A stretch of DNA of 64,000 nucleotides from Candidatus Roizmanbacteria bacterium RIFCSPLOWO2_01_FULL_35_13 (GTDB lineage Bacteria > Patescibacteriota > Microgenomatia > UBA1406 > GWC2-37-13), in the NCBI GenBank assembly GCA_001789635.1, contig MGAF01000026.1, positions 5,055-69,054 of the forward strand. The letters are read 5' to 3'. The notes beneath the pieces are model-generated. The model searched no databases, was not told the DNA's origin, and saw only the letters and a list, made by a program, of their open reading frames with translations. The position numbers were made by a program, and so were the translations under genes. Below, piece after piece: positions 8,632-17,636 of this stretch; the first letter of the stretch is position 1; each line of letters opens with the position of its first letter.

Positions 8632-8850
8632 TTATTTCTGAATATTTACTTGAATTAACGATTTCGGGTCTTCTTTAATGCCTATAAATTCAAGCTTTTT
8701 TTGATATATATCTTTGCTTATTTTCCAGTAAGCTTTTGTAATCTCAACCATTTGGGGAGGTCTACCCTTGTAAGTACAAGTAGAATACGAGTCAATCCAA
8801 AGCTCTTCTAGTTGCATTAGTCTAATAAGATAGGCTGTAATTTGAATCAT
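8632..8850 (-). CDS. hypothetical protein (72 aa)
   Basis: ORF only. Confidence 0.3.
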   Translation of the reverse strand: MIQITAYLIRLMQLEELWIDSYSTCTYKGRPPQMVEITKAYWKISKDIYQKKLEFIGIKEDPKSLIQVNIQK

Positions 8851-8954
8851 ATAGTTGAGCTTGATTTGTTTGCTAATAGGTTCGAATAGCGTTCATGTCT
8901 GACAGTTTCATTTAAAAATTTGGCAAAAATATGATTTGTCTTGAAGTCATAAAA

Positions 8955-9003
8955 AAGTTATAAACTTCGTCCTTCGATTACTTCGACTTCGCTCGGTATA
9001 AAT
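8955..9003 (-). repeat. Copy of the AAGTTATAAACTT..TCGAAGGAC.. element family
   Basis: AAGTTATAAACTTCGTCCTTCGATTACTTCGACTTCGCTCGGTATAA aligns with the reverse complement of 1351-1392. Confidence 0.55.
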
Positions 9004-9006
9004 TTA

Positions 9007-9231
9007 CTAGAGAAGTTTTTGAAATTCTTTAGGAGTTAATTTAACGTCATTGAGTATTGAGCGCATTAAGCCTCTTCCAATATCTTTACCCTTGTGAAAA
9101 GGAACTACTGTGGTTCTACCGTCTGGATGTTTAAAGAAAATATGACTTCCTTCCTGGCGAATTTTATTAAAACCTAATTTGTTTAGAATTTTTATGAGCC
9201 GTTGAGGTTTGAGCATTGGTAGTCGGCTCAT
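9007..9231 (-). CDS. hicA: type II toxin HicA (mRNA interferase)
   Basis: KPQRLIKILNKLGFNKIRQEGSHIFFKHPDGRTTVVPFH is the classic HicA/YcfA pattern. Confidence 0.85.
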   Translation of the reverse strand: MSRLPMLKPQRLIKILNKLGFNKIRQEGSHIFFKHPDGRTTVVPFHKGKDIGRGLMRSILNDVKLTPKEFQKLL

Positions 9232-9237
9232 ATAAAA

Positions 9238-9501
9238 TTAAAAAGAAGGAATTAATATACTGCTTATACTAATCATTCGAGGAGATTTAGCAGATTCAAA
9301 ATCGATACTTTCTTTATAATCCTGGTCTTCTTCAGCTATCTTTAGACATAAAGTAACAGCTTCTTTTATATTTTTTTCAGCTTCTTCATAAGTTGATCCT
9401 TGTGAGTGACAGCCAGGAATAGATGGACAATCAGCAACATATATGCCATCCTCATCTTGAGTAATAACTACATTGAAATTGAGATATTTTTGGTTTTTCA
9501 T
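9238..9501 (-). CDS. hicB: type II antitoxin HicB
   Basis: VVITQDEDGIYVADCPSIPGCHSQGSTYEEA is a HicB N-terminal fold signature. ATG at 9501 is preferred. Confidence 0.8.
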   Translation of the reverse strand: MKNQKYLNFNVVITQDEDGIYVADCPSIPGCHSQGSTYEEAEKNIKEAVTLCLKIAEEDQDYKESIDFESAKSPRMISISSILIPSF

Positions 9502-9617
9502 ACCTACTATTTTACTATAAAGCAGTAAGAACTTAAAGATCAAAATAGAGGATGATATTTTTATTACTTCAGATTTTCGAGGGTGGTCAGGATGTCGTCG
9601 CCTTCAGGACACTCTCC

Positions 9618-10439
9618 CTAAATGGGTTTGAATACGAGTAAAACTGCTTCCCCTGTCCCAAAAAATTTATTAACAAACGAAAGAGTTCTAAAATACGACT
9701 TCTTCATTAACGGATAATCCTGTCTTCCGTCATCGGAAAAATATTTTTCAATAACTTTTAAATCTAAACGTTTAAAAAGACTTATTAAATATTTTGTATT
9801 AAAATGCCAGATGTGTTCATTGGGCATAAGTGGTTCCCAGTATTTCTGCCTAAGATAAAAAATAATGTTACTCGTATTTGGGACTCCTAGAATTAATATT
9901 CCACCCCTTTTGAGTATTTTTTTAGCTAAATTAATTTCTTCAACAGGATCTTCAATGTGTTCTAGGACATGATTGTAGATAATGCAGTCAAATTTTTTTT
10001 TATTTCTTCCTAAGAAATCCTGTAATGTTCCTGAAAAAATATCTTTTCCTAATTTATTTTTGGCTATGGAGAAAGCTTTTTTATTTGGCTCGATTCCTTT
10101 GATGTTAAATTCCTCTTTTTTAAGCAGAGTTAATAAAATACCCGAAGAACAGCCAACGTCTAAAATTGTACCGCTCTTTTTATGCTTTTTTATTAAATTA
10201 ACAATCGGTTTGAAAAGCCCTATAAATTTTTCCTGGGAATTATCATAAAATTCGGCCCGGCTTTGCTTTGGGTTAAATTTAACTCCTGATTCAGGAGGAA
10301 ATGTTTTTAATATTCCGCAATTCTCACACTTTCCAATAACTATTCCCTCAAACTCTTTGAAAACTGTTTCATTTTTATAGGAAATAAATTTCCTAAAGTA
10401 AGATTTTTTTCCGTTATCACATATACAGGAAGAAATCAT
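9618..10439 (-). CDS. class I SAM-dependent methyltransferase with an N-terminal Cys-rich region
   Basis: Motif I ILDVGCSSGILL, and CENCG upstream of it. Confidence 0.75.
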   Translation of the reverse strand: MISSCICDNGKKSYFRKFISYKNETVFKEFEGIVIGKCENCGILKTFPPESGVKFNPKQSRAEFYDNSQEKFIGLFKPIVNLIKKHKKSGTILDVGCSSGILLTLLKKEEFNIKGIEPNKKAFSIAKNKLGKDIFSGTLQDFLGRNKKKFDCIIYNHVLEHIEDPVEEINLAKKILKRGGILILGVPNTSNIIFYLRQKYWEPLMPNEHIWHFNTKYLISLFKRLDLKVIEKYFSDDGRQDYPLMKKSYFRTLSFVNKFFGTGEAVLLVFKPI

Positions 10440-11077
10440 AATTCATTTTTTAGTTTTTCTATATCATTGATTATTATGGTTCTGTTTTTTGAACTAACAA
10501 GCTTTTTATTTACCAGCTTTTTCCATTCGCGGCTGGTAGTCTCCCGTGATAATCCGGCCAGTGAAGCAATATCTTTATGGGTAAACATTTCCTGAATTAT
10601 TATCTTATTTTCTTTTTTTTCTCCAAAGTGTTTTGTCAAAAAGATAAGGATAGAGGCGAGTCTGGCAGAAGCCTTTGAGGTTGTGAGCTGTTCGATCCTT
10701 AATGTTAACTTATCCAGACCATTAAGCAGGCGATGAGTAAGATCAAATAAAACATCCGGATTTTTTTGCAGAAAATTAAGGATTTTTTCTTTTGGAGCAA
10801 CATAAAGTTCTATAGGAGTAAGCGCTTCATAATGGAATCTGTTAGGAATATCACTAATAATCCACATCATGGGAAAGTAGGAATTGTTCGCGAACAAATG
10901 GATTGTCGTTTCCACTCCCTGGGGAGAAATTGCATAAGTTTTGACATAACCGTTTTTTATGTAGTAGGCTCCTTGCGGATTTTGATTCGGATGAATGATA
11001 GCCTGGCCCTTTTTATGTTTATGCAGTTCAAAATTAGAAAAAAAAGCATGCACTTTATTTTTAATTTTTTCTTCCAT
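10436..11077 (-). CDS. Crp/Fnr family transcriptional regulator
   Basis: cNMP-binding-like N-terminal domain and a C-terminal HTH (DIASLAGLSRETTSREWKKL). Confidence 0.8.
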   Translation of the reverse strand: MEEKIKNKVHAFFSNFELHKHKKGQAIIHPNQNPQGAYYIKNGYVKTYAISPQGVETTIHLFANNSYFPMMWIISDIPNRFHYEALTPIELYVAPKEKILNFLQKNPDVLFDLTHRLLNGLDKLTLRIEQLTTSKASARLASILIFLTKHFGEKKENKIIIQEMFTHKDIASLAGLSRETTSREWKKLVNKKLVSSKNRTIIINDIEKLKNEL

Positions 11078-11099
11078 ACAAGTGTATTTTACTCCTTAC

Positions 11100-11115
11100 T
11101 GTGATTTTTATCACT
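11100..11115. promoter_or_regulatory. CRP/FNR-type palindrome TGTGA-TTTTTA-TCACT
   Basis: 16-bp inverted repeat 23 bp upstream of the Crp/Fnr gene ATG, in the divergent spacer with csoR. Nearly identical to 17149-17164. Confidence 0.55.
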
Positions 11116-11203
11116 GAAATATGATCATAAGCAATATATCCTATGGGGAGGGAAGGGATCTGAATAAATTTCTAAATCCTAATTACTAATTCCAAAAAAC
11201 AAA

Positions 11204-11464
11204 ATGACAACGTATAAAGGAAATTTACTTCACAGACTTAAAATAGCTAGGGGGCATTTTAATAAAGTCATAAATATGGTAGAGGAAGATGAGTACTGTC
11301 TTGATGTAACCCAGCAGACATATGCTATCCAAAATGCACTCAAAAAAATTGATGAAGTAATTCTTGAGCATCATCTAAAAACCTGTGTTAAGGATGCAAT
11401 TGTCAGCGATAAACAGGTCGACGAAAAAGTCGCTGAAATATTACAAGTTTTTAAAAGAAAGTAA
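11204..11464 (+). CDS. csoR: CsoR/RcnR-family metal-sensing repressor
   Basis: DUF156 pattern with the C-H-C ligand set (YCLDV..., EHHLKTC). Confidence 0.85.
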   Translation: MTTYKGNLLHRLKIARGHFNKVINMVEEDEYCLDVTQQTYAIQNALKKIDEVILEHHLKTCVKDAIVSDKQVDEKVAEILQVFKRK

Positions 11465-11466
11465 AA

Positions 11467-11970
11467 ATGTCAAAATCTTTTCTTTTCGGAATTATCATTT
11501 TTTCTCTGGTTGTTATCGGAGGTTCGTATTTTTTAATTGCCGGAAATAAACAAAAAAATTCCAGTACATTACCGGTTGTTTATAGTTTAAAAGACAAAGA
11601 AAAACCAAAAGCGGAAATTAAAGTATCAAGTAAAAATCTGGGAGATATGAAAGTATCTGAGCAAAAATCAGAAGATTTTATAGTTAAAAATGTTGGTAAT
11701 AAACCACTCACACTTTTTAATATTTCCTCAAGCTGTGGCTGCACGGTCGGTCAGATTATTATCGACGGCAAGACAAGTGAAGAGTTTGGCATGCACGCAC
11801 AAAGCGATAAAACCTTTGAGCTTGTACAGGGCAAAGAGGCTACAGTAAAGGTAACGTATCGACCCTATGTTATGCCAGTATCCGGCAAAGTTGACAGACA
11901 GGTTTTTATTGAAACCAACGATCCGGAAAACCCGAGAATAGAATTCAAAGTTACAGCTAATGTAAAGTAA
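11467..11970 (+). CDS. DUF1573 domain protein, membrane-anchored
   Basis: N-terminal TM helix and SSSCGCTV in a NxGxxPL..SCGCT context. Confidence 0.75.
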   Translation: MSKSFLFGIIIFSLVVIGGSYFLIAGNKQKNSSTLPVVYSLKDKEKPKAEIKVSSKNLGDMKVSEQKSEDFIVKNVGNKPLTLFNISSSCGCTVGQIIIDGKTSEEFGMHAQSDKTFELVQGKEATVKVTYRPYVMPVSGKVDRQVFIETNDPENPRIEFKVTANVK

Positions 11971-11971
11971 A

Positions 11972-12781
11972 ATGGAAAATAATTTATTGTTGGGATTTTC
12001 CTTAACCGCTTCTTTTTTAGCGGGATCTTTAGCATTATTTGCACCCTGTTGCATAACTTTTCTTTTTCCATCTTATTTGGGGACAATTTTCAAGGAACAA
12101 AGAAAGGTTATGTTTTATACAATTATTTTTGCCTTAGGATTATCTGTAATCTTAATTCCAATTGCTCTTGGATTCAGATTCTTCATGTATTTTTTTGACC
12201 AATATCATAAGGAAGTATATTATCTGGGAGCAATCGTGCTTATATTTATGGGAGTTATGACAGTAAAGCCTTTTTTTGCAATTCCTCAATTTTTTCATTT
12301 TAAACCCAATATCAACAAAAAAATAAATGTCGGATCGGTTTTTGGCTTAGGATTTATGTCCGGCCTGACTTCATCATGCTGCGCACCGGTGCTTTTTGCC
12401 GCTGTAACTCTCACTAGTCTTTCTCCCAATATGTTTCAGGCATTTCTTGTTTCCTTTGCCTATGTTTTGGGAATTGTCTTTCCGCTTTTTATTCTTTCGT
12501 TGATTTATCAAAAAACTACCCGATCAATAACAGGTGTAATGAGGCATAAAATTCATACCATATTTACATGGTTTGGGGCAGTAATATTTATTCTTTCCGG
12601 AGTCCTAATTGCGGTTTTTACTTATCTGGATAAAATCCAGATGTATCAGATGGAAGGATACAGTAAAAACATCCGTATGTTCATATTTCAATTCGGAAAG
12701 TATTTCCAAAATCCTATTATAGACGTCGGTGCATTCATATTAATAATTTTTATTTTTTATAAGTTAATAAAAAAGAGGTAA
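11972..12781 (+). CDS. CcdA/DsbD-like thiol-disulfide transporter
   Basis: Polytopic, with FAPCC and SSCCAPV Cys motifs in TM helices. Confidence 0.65.
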   Translation: MENNLLLGFSLTASFLAGSLALFAPCCITFLFPSYLGTIFKEQRKVMFYTIIFALGLSVILIPIALGFRFFMYFFDQYHKEVYYLGAIVLIFMGVMTVKPFFAIPQFFHFKPNINKKINVGSVFGLGFMSGLTSSCCAPVLFAAVTLTSLSPNMFQAFLVSFAYVLGIVFPLFILSLIYQKTTRSITGVMRHKIHTIFTWFGAVIFILSGVLIAVFTYLDKIQMYQMEGYSKNIRMFIFQFGKYFQNPIIDVGAFILIIFIFYKLIKKR

Positions 12782-12882
12782 AATTCCCTACGCTGACATT
12801 TGTCTTTCCTGATTTTGCCTGAGTGAATTGGAAGAAATTAAAGATCTCAATAACTTATAATTTATTACCGGGATTATTTTAT

Positions 12883-13239
12883 ATGGATAAAATACTTGTC
12901 GGACTGTTCAGTGTTGCCGGAATGTTTTTTACTTATTGGTTTTTTCTAATGAAAAAAGAGGATGTGATTTCTGTGACTGATTCTGTGGATATAACTGTTG
13001 AGGGAGGATATTCTCCAAACATTATTTCAATCTCGCTGGGTAAAACAATAAAGATTAATTTTTTCCGTAAAGATCCATCAAGCTGTTTGGAGGAGGTAGT
13101 TCTTGGTGATTTTAAAATCAGAAAATATTTGCCCTTAAATCAAAAAATAACTATTGAAGTTACTGCGAAGGAAAAAGGCGAATTTGCTTTTACCTGCGGC
13201 ATGGGAATGTTTCACGGAAAAATTGTGGTTAGTGATTAG
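12883..13239 (+). CDS. cupredoxin-like domain protein (membrane-anchored)
   Basis: TM helix plus a C-terminal FTCGMGMFHGKIVV motif. ATG at 12883 is preferred over GTG at 12823. Confidence 0.6.
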   Translation: MDKILVGLFSVAGMFFTYWFFLMKKEDVISVTDSVDITVEGGYSPNIISISLGKTIKINFFRKDPSSCLEEVVLGDFKIRKYLPLNQKITIEVTAKEKGEFAFTCGMGMFHGKIVVSD

Positions 13240-13243
13240 TAAT

Positions 13244-13640
13244 TAGTAGCTAGTGTTTAGTCGTTAAAAATATGAAATCCTATAAAGAGTTGATTGTCTG
13301 GCAAAAAGCAATAAGCTTAACTGAATTAATCTATAAAACTACTTGGAATTTTCCGAAGGCAGAGATTTACGGATTGACTTCTCAAATAAGAAGATGCTCT
13401 GTTGCTATTCCTTCAAATATTGCAGAAGGATTTCACCGAGGTCATAGAAATGAATATATACAGTTTCTTAGAATTGCATATAGTTCAGGTGCTGAACTGG
13501 AAACTCAACTTTTAATTGCTTTAAGGATTAATTATCTAAAACAAGAAGAATTCGAAAAATTAAATAATCTTCTGCAAGAAATTATGAAAATGTTAAATGT
13601 ACTAATTTTTAAATTGACTGATTCTAAACACTAACCACTA
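13244..13640 (+). mobile_element. Four-helix-bundle gene cassette bounded by 17-bp inverted repeats
   Basis: TAGTAGCTAGTGTTTAG (13244-13260) matches the reverse complement of 13624-13640 (TAGTGGTTAGTGTTTAG) at 15/17 positions. It fills the gap between the cupredoxin stop and the copA ATG. Confidence 0.5.
13272..13634 (+). CDS. four-helix-bundle protein (23S rRNA intervening-sequence protein family)
   Basis: [10 protein letters not shown]...[35 protein letters not shown] is the typical family pattern. Confidence 0.85.
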   Translation: MKSYKELIVWQKAISLTELIYKTTWNFPKAEIYGLTSQIRRCSVAIPSNIAEGFHRGHRNEYIQFLRIAYSSGAELETQLLIALRINYLKQEEFEKLNNLLQEIMKMLNVLIFKLTDSKH

Positions 13641-15922
13641 TGCCCTACAAACTAACTAAGCGATCTTTTGTTATTAAAGGAATGCATTGCGCAAGTTGTG
13701 TGCGTGTGACAGAACGGGCACTCAAAAAAACACCCGGCGTTACTGACGCCGTGGTTAATCTTGCTACGCAAAAAGCAATGGTCACTTATGATGAAGATAA
13801 CTGCACACAAGAACAGCTTGCAAATTCTATAGCAAAAACCGGTTACACATTAGAACTTGAACAAAAAGGTGAAACAGTGATTCAGGAAGAAAAGAAAAAA
13901 GAATTGCAAATTTTAAGAAATAAGGTAGTTATAAGTCTCGGACTTGGCTTTTTAATATTCTGGGGAAGTTTTCCGGTTCTCATGGAGACTGCACCGGCAA
14001 TTCTACGCAACTTCTTTGTGCAGTTATTATTAGCTACTCCTGTCCAATTCTGGGCAGGGCAGGAATTTTACCGCGCAACTATTCCGGCTCTAAAACACAG
14101 GACTGCAAATATGGATACATTGGTCGCGTTGGGTACAACGGTCGCTTATTTTTATTCGGCTTTTGTTACTTTTTTTCCGCAAGTCATAATGAATTTAGGT
14201 ATGGATCCTATGCCATATTTTGATGTCGCAGTTATTGTCATTGGTCTAATACTTCTCGGAAGATATTTTGAAGCAAAAGCCAAAGCCGGAACTTCGCAGG
14301 CAATTAAAAAGTTAATCGGACTTCAGGCAAAAACAGCAAGAGTCCTTCGGCAAGCTCCCTCCTTCGCTGGAGCTTCGAAGGGCAGGCAGGATAAATTAAT
14401 TGAAGTTGATATTCCAATTGATCAAGTGCAGATTGGAGATATTATCCGGGTCAGGCCGGGAGAAAAAATTCCGGTTGACGGAATTATTACCGTTGGTGAA
14501 TCAAGTATAGATGAATCAATGATTACGGGAGAATCTATTCCAATTGACAAAACAAAAGGCGATACGGTTGTCGGAGCCACGATGAATAAATCTGGAACTT
14601 TTACCTATAAGGCTACCAAGGTCGGAAATGAAACAATGCTGGCGCAGATTATAAAACTGGTTGAAGAAGCCCAGGGCAGCAAAGCTCCTATTCAAAGATT
14701 GGCTGACGTTGTATCGTCTTACTTTGTTCCTGTTGTTATTATGCTGGCGTTTTTGACATTTGGAGTCTGGTATATCTTTGGTCCGCAGCCTTCATTTTTA
14801 TTTGCGATGCTCAATACAGTCGCCGTTCTGATTATTGCCTGTCCCTGTGCAATGGGTCTGGCTACGCCTACGGCGATTATGGTTGGCACAGGAATCGGGG
14901 CAGAGCATGGTATTCTCATAAAAGATGCCGAATCTTTAGAAACTGCACATAAGATTAATACAATTATTTTTGACAAGACCGGAACACTGACGAAAGGAAA
15001 ACCAGAAGTAACAGATATTATATCTTTGAATAAAACAAACAAAGATGAAATATTAAAACTAGCCGCATCTATTGAAAAAGGTTCTGAACATTCTTTAGCT
15101 GAAGCTATTGTTAAAGAAGCAGAAAAGCAAAAGCTTGTCCTGAACAAAGTTGAAGGATTTAAAGCAATTGCCGGATATGGAGTTGAGGGACTACTCGAAA
15201 AAAACCAATTGTTTTTAGGTAACAGAAGATTAATGAATAAAGAAAATGTTTCTGTAGCCTCATATAATAGTGAAATAACCCGATTAGAAGGAGGAGGTAA
15301 AACCGTAATGATGCTTGCAATAAATAGAAAACTTGCGGGTCTAATCGCCGTCGCAGATACAGTTAAAGATTCTGCAAAAGAAGGGGTTGCTCAACTTCAA
15401 AAACTTGGGATAGAGGTCGTAATGATAACAGGAGATAATGAGAAAACAGCACAAGCAATTGCAAAACAAGTGGGAGTAAACCGTGTTTTGGCTGAAGTAT
15501 TACCCGACCAAAAAGAACTAGAGATAAGAAAAATACAAAAAGAAGGAAAAAAAGTAGCAATGGTAGGAGATGGTATCAATGATGCTCCAGCCTTAACTGC
15601 TGCAGATGTTGGTATAGCGATGGGTACGGGTACTGACGTTGCAATAGAAGCGGCAGATATAACGCTTATCAATAAAGATCTGAAAAGTGTTGCTTCTGCG
15701 ATTGAACTTTCCAAAAAAACCATGCGGACTATAAAGTTAAATCTGATCTGGGCATTCGGTTATAATATTATTTTGATTCCTGTTGCTATGGGTATTCTTT
15801 ACCCGTTCTTTGGTATTTTATTGAATCCGATTCTGGCCTCAGTAGCTATGGCAACATCAAGCATTTCGGTTGTCTCAAATTCGTTATTGCCTAAGAGATT
15901 TAAAATAAATTATGACAATTAA
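13640..15922 (+). CDS. copA: copper-translocating P1B-type ATPase
   Basis: N-terminal HMA domain (GMHCASC), CPC motif ([11 protein letters not shown]), [15 protein letters not shown]. Confidence 0.95.
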   Translation: MPYKLTKRSFVIKGMHCASCVRVTERALKKTPGVTDAVVNLATQKAMVTYDEDNCTQEQLANSIAKTGYTLELEQKGETVIQEEKKKELQILRNKVVISLGLGFLIFWGSFPVLMETAPAILRNFFVQLLLATPVQFWAGQEFYRATIPALKHRTANMDTLVALGTTVAYFYSAFVTFFPQVIMNLGMDPMPYFDVAVIVIGLILLGRYFEAKAKAGTSQAIKKLIGLQAKTARVLRQAPSFAGASKGRQDKLIEVDIPIDQVQIGDIIRVRPGEKIPVDGIITVGESSIDESMITGESIPIDKTKGDTVVGATMNKSGTFTYKATKVGNETMLAQIIKLVEEAQGSKAPIQRLADVVSSYFVPVVIMLAFLTFGVWYIFGPQPSFLFAMLNTVAVLIIACPCAMGLATPTAIMVGTGIGAEHGILIKDAESLETAHKINTIIFDKTGTLTKGKPEVTDIISLNKTNKDEILKLAASIEKGSEHSLAEAIVKEAEKQKLVLNKVEGFKAIAGYGVEGLLEKNQLFLGNRRLMNKENVSVASYNSEITRLEGGGKTVMMLAINRKLAGLIAVADTVKDSAKEGVAQLQKLGIEVVMITGDNEKTAQAIAKQVGVNRVLAEVLPDQKELEIRKIQKEGKKVAMVGDGINDAPALTAADVGIAMGTGTDVAIEAADITLINKDLKSVASAIELSKKTMRTIKLNLIWAFGYNIILIPVAMGILYPFFGILLNPILASVAMATSSISVVSNSLLPKRFKINYDN
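14344..14390 (+). repeat. GC-rich palindromic element inserted in frame in copA (encodes [13 protein letters not shown])
   Basis: CCTTCG-GCA-AGCTCC-[loop]-GGAGCT-T-CGAAGG. Homologous copies lie at 21771-21808 and 21061-21094. Confidence 0.7.
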
Positions 15923-16934
15923 TTTTTGGACAATTTTTCTAACAGGACTTTTTACGGGCGGATTAACATGCCTTGCGGTGCAAGGAGGTCTGCTTGCGGC
16001 AACCATCGCACAACAGGAAGAAGAAAAGTTAAAGGAAAAAACAAAGCTGACAGGAAATGCCTTGCCAGTGACTGCATTTCTAGTAGCAAAACTTATTGCC
16101 TATACCGGATTAGGATTTTTTCTTGGCTGGTTTGGTTCTTTTTTTCAAATATCATTGGCTTTTCAGGTTTTAATGCAGTTTGCAGTCGTTGTTTTTATGA
16201 TCGGAACGGCTTTGAATCTCTTAAATATCCATCCGATATTCCGGTATTTTGTCATACAACCCCCTAAATTTTTAACCCGTCTTATAAGAAGACAATCTAA
16301 AAATAAAAATTTATTTGCGCCAATTCTATTGGGAGCATTTACGGTTTTTATTCCCTGCGGAACTACACAGGCTATGATGGTTCTCGCTATAGGATCAGGC
16401 AGTCCTGCATTGGGAGCCGCAATTCTTTTTGCATTTGTTATCGGTACATCGCCGCTTTTTTTTACACTCGGATATTTTGCAATGAAGTTGGGTGATTCGC
16501 TTCAGCAAAAGTTTATGAAATTAGCGGCCTATTCATTGATCCTTCTTGCTATTTTTAATTTAAACGGCGCAATTGCGCTTACCGGAAGCAGTTTTACTTT
16601 TGAAAATATCGGAAGTAATTTTTGGTGTTATTTGACTTCCTGCAAAGGAAACACTTTGGGAGCTGCAGTTACAGAAGCTGTAATTGAGTTTAACGCGGGG
16701 TATTATAATCCCAGTTTGATTACGGTTAAGACAAATTCAGAAGTCAAACTTAATTTGGTGAATAAAGACGGAAGCAGCTGTATGCAGTCTTTTGTTATAC
16801 CATCTCTGGGCATTCTAAGAATGGTTCAATACGGAACTTCGGATATTGTAGAGTTTACTGCTCCTAAAGAGGTTGGAAGGCTGACTTTTATGTGTGGGAT
16901 GGGAATGTATAGAGGAGTAATTAACGTTATTTAA
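15912..16934 (+). CDS. DsbD_2/TauE-like membrane domain fused to a C-terminal cupredoxin-like domain
   Basis: [13 protein letters not shown] and FIPCGTTQA in TM helices. C-terminal [14 protein letters not shown] parallels ORF 12883..13239. Overlaps the copA stop by 11 bp. Confidence 0.6.
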   Translation: MTINFWTIFLTGLFTGGLTCLAVQGGLLAATIAQQEEEKLKEKTKLTGNALPVTAFLVAKLIAYTGLGFFLGWFGSFFQISLAFQVLMQFAVVVFMIGTALNLLNIHPIFRYFVIQPPKFLTRLIRRQSKNKNLFAPILLGAFTVFIPCGTTQAMMVLAIGSGSPALGAAILFAFVIGTSPLFFTLGYFAMKLGDSLQQKFMKLAAYSLILLAIFNLNGAIALTGSSFTFENIGSNFWCYLTSCKGNTLGAAVTEAVIEFNAGYYNPSLITVKTNSEVKLNLVNKDGSSCMQSFVIPSLGILRMVQYGTSDIVEFTAPKEVGRLTFMCGMGMYRGVINVI

Positions 16935-16939
16935 TTTTT

Positions 16940-17149
16940 ATGGTCAAAAAAGTTTTTAAAATTCAAGGTATGCACTGTACAGCCTGCGCTATGGACATTG
17001 ATGGTGAGTTGGAAGATACAGAAGGAATCAAAGAGTCGAATACCAATTATGCCAAGCAGTTGTCTGAAATTATTTTTGATCCCGGCAAAGTGTCGGAAGA
17101 AAAAATAAGAGATATTATCAAAGGACTTGGTTATAATGCTACTTATTAA
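16940..17149 (+). CDS. copZ: heavy-metal-associated domain copper chaperone
   Basis: GMHCTACAMDI (MxCxxC) in a 69-aa protein. Confidence 0.85.
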   Translation: MVKKVFKIQGMHCTACAMDIDGELEDTEGIKESNTNYAKQLSEIIFDPGKVSEEKIRDIIKGLGYNATY

Positions 17150-17164
17150 GTGATTCTTATCACT
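17149..17164. promoter_or_regulatory. CRP/FNR-type palindrome AGTGA-TTCTTA-TCACT
   Basis: Perfect 5-6-5 inverted repeat about 34 bp upstream of the VKOR ATG. GTGATTNTTATCACTGA is shared with 11101-11117. Confidence 0.55.
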
Positions 17165-17197
17165 GAGTAAACTATCAGAATGTAATAAAATTTATTC

Positions 17198-17617
17198 ATG
17201 TCTAAGGAAAAAATATTTTATTACGTCAAAATTTTAGCAATAATAGGCTTATTACTCTCAACATACCTTCTCTGGCAGCAATTTTTTCACCCGGCATTCC
17301 AACCCTGTAATATAAATAGTTGGATAAACTGTGACGCGGTAATTTCTGGACCTGTGGCAAAAACCTTAGGAATTCCGACACCACTGTACGGATTTATCGG
17401 GTATATTATTATTTTTTTTGCAGCATTATTCCGTAAAACAAAATTAATGTTGGGGATGGCTGGTTTTGGTTTGATTTTTTGTCTGTGGATTGCCTATCAG
17501 GAACTTTTCCTACTTAGGGTAATTTGCCCGGTTTGTATATCCTGCCAGATAGTTATGATTTCTATTTTTATACTTTCGCTAAAAGTAAGGAAAATTCCTA
17601 CGGATAACAGATTGTAA
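17198..17617 (+). CDS. vitamin K epoxide reductase (VKOR) family protein
   Basis: Four hydrophobic helices, a loop Cys pair (CNINSWINC) and an active-site CxxC (CPVC). Confidence 0.75.
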   Translation: MSKEKIFYYVKILAIIGLLLSTYLLWQQFFHPAFQPCNINSWINCDAVISGPVAKTLGIPTPLYGFIGYIIIFFAALFRKTKLMLGMAGFGLIFCLWIAYQELFLLRVICPVCISCQIVMISIFILSLKVRKIPTDNRL

Positions 17618-17636
17618 ACTCTGATAAAATAAATTG

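Noticed and set aside
13640-15922. Antisense or alternative-frame ORFs inside long genes. Examples are 14719..15147, 15363..15560, 15397..15723, 15926..16267, 39378..39578, 41021..41848, 44692..44925, 45667..45996, 49947..50820, 51931..52362 and 47706..48032.
   Set aside because: They are fully embedded in ORFs with strong motif support or much greater length. They have low-complexity or repeat-derived translations and no independent signals.
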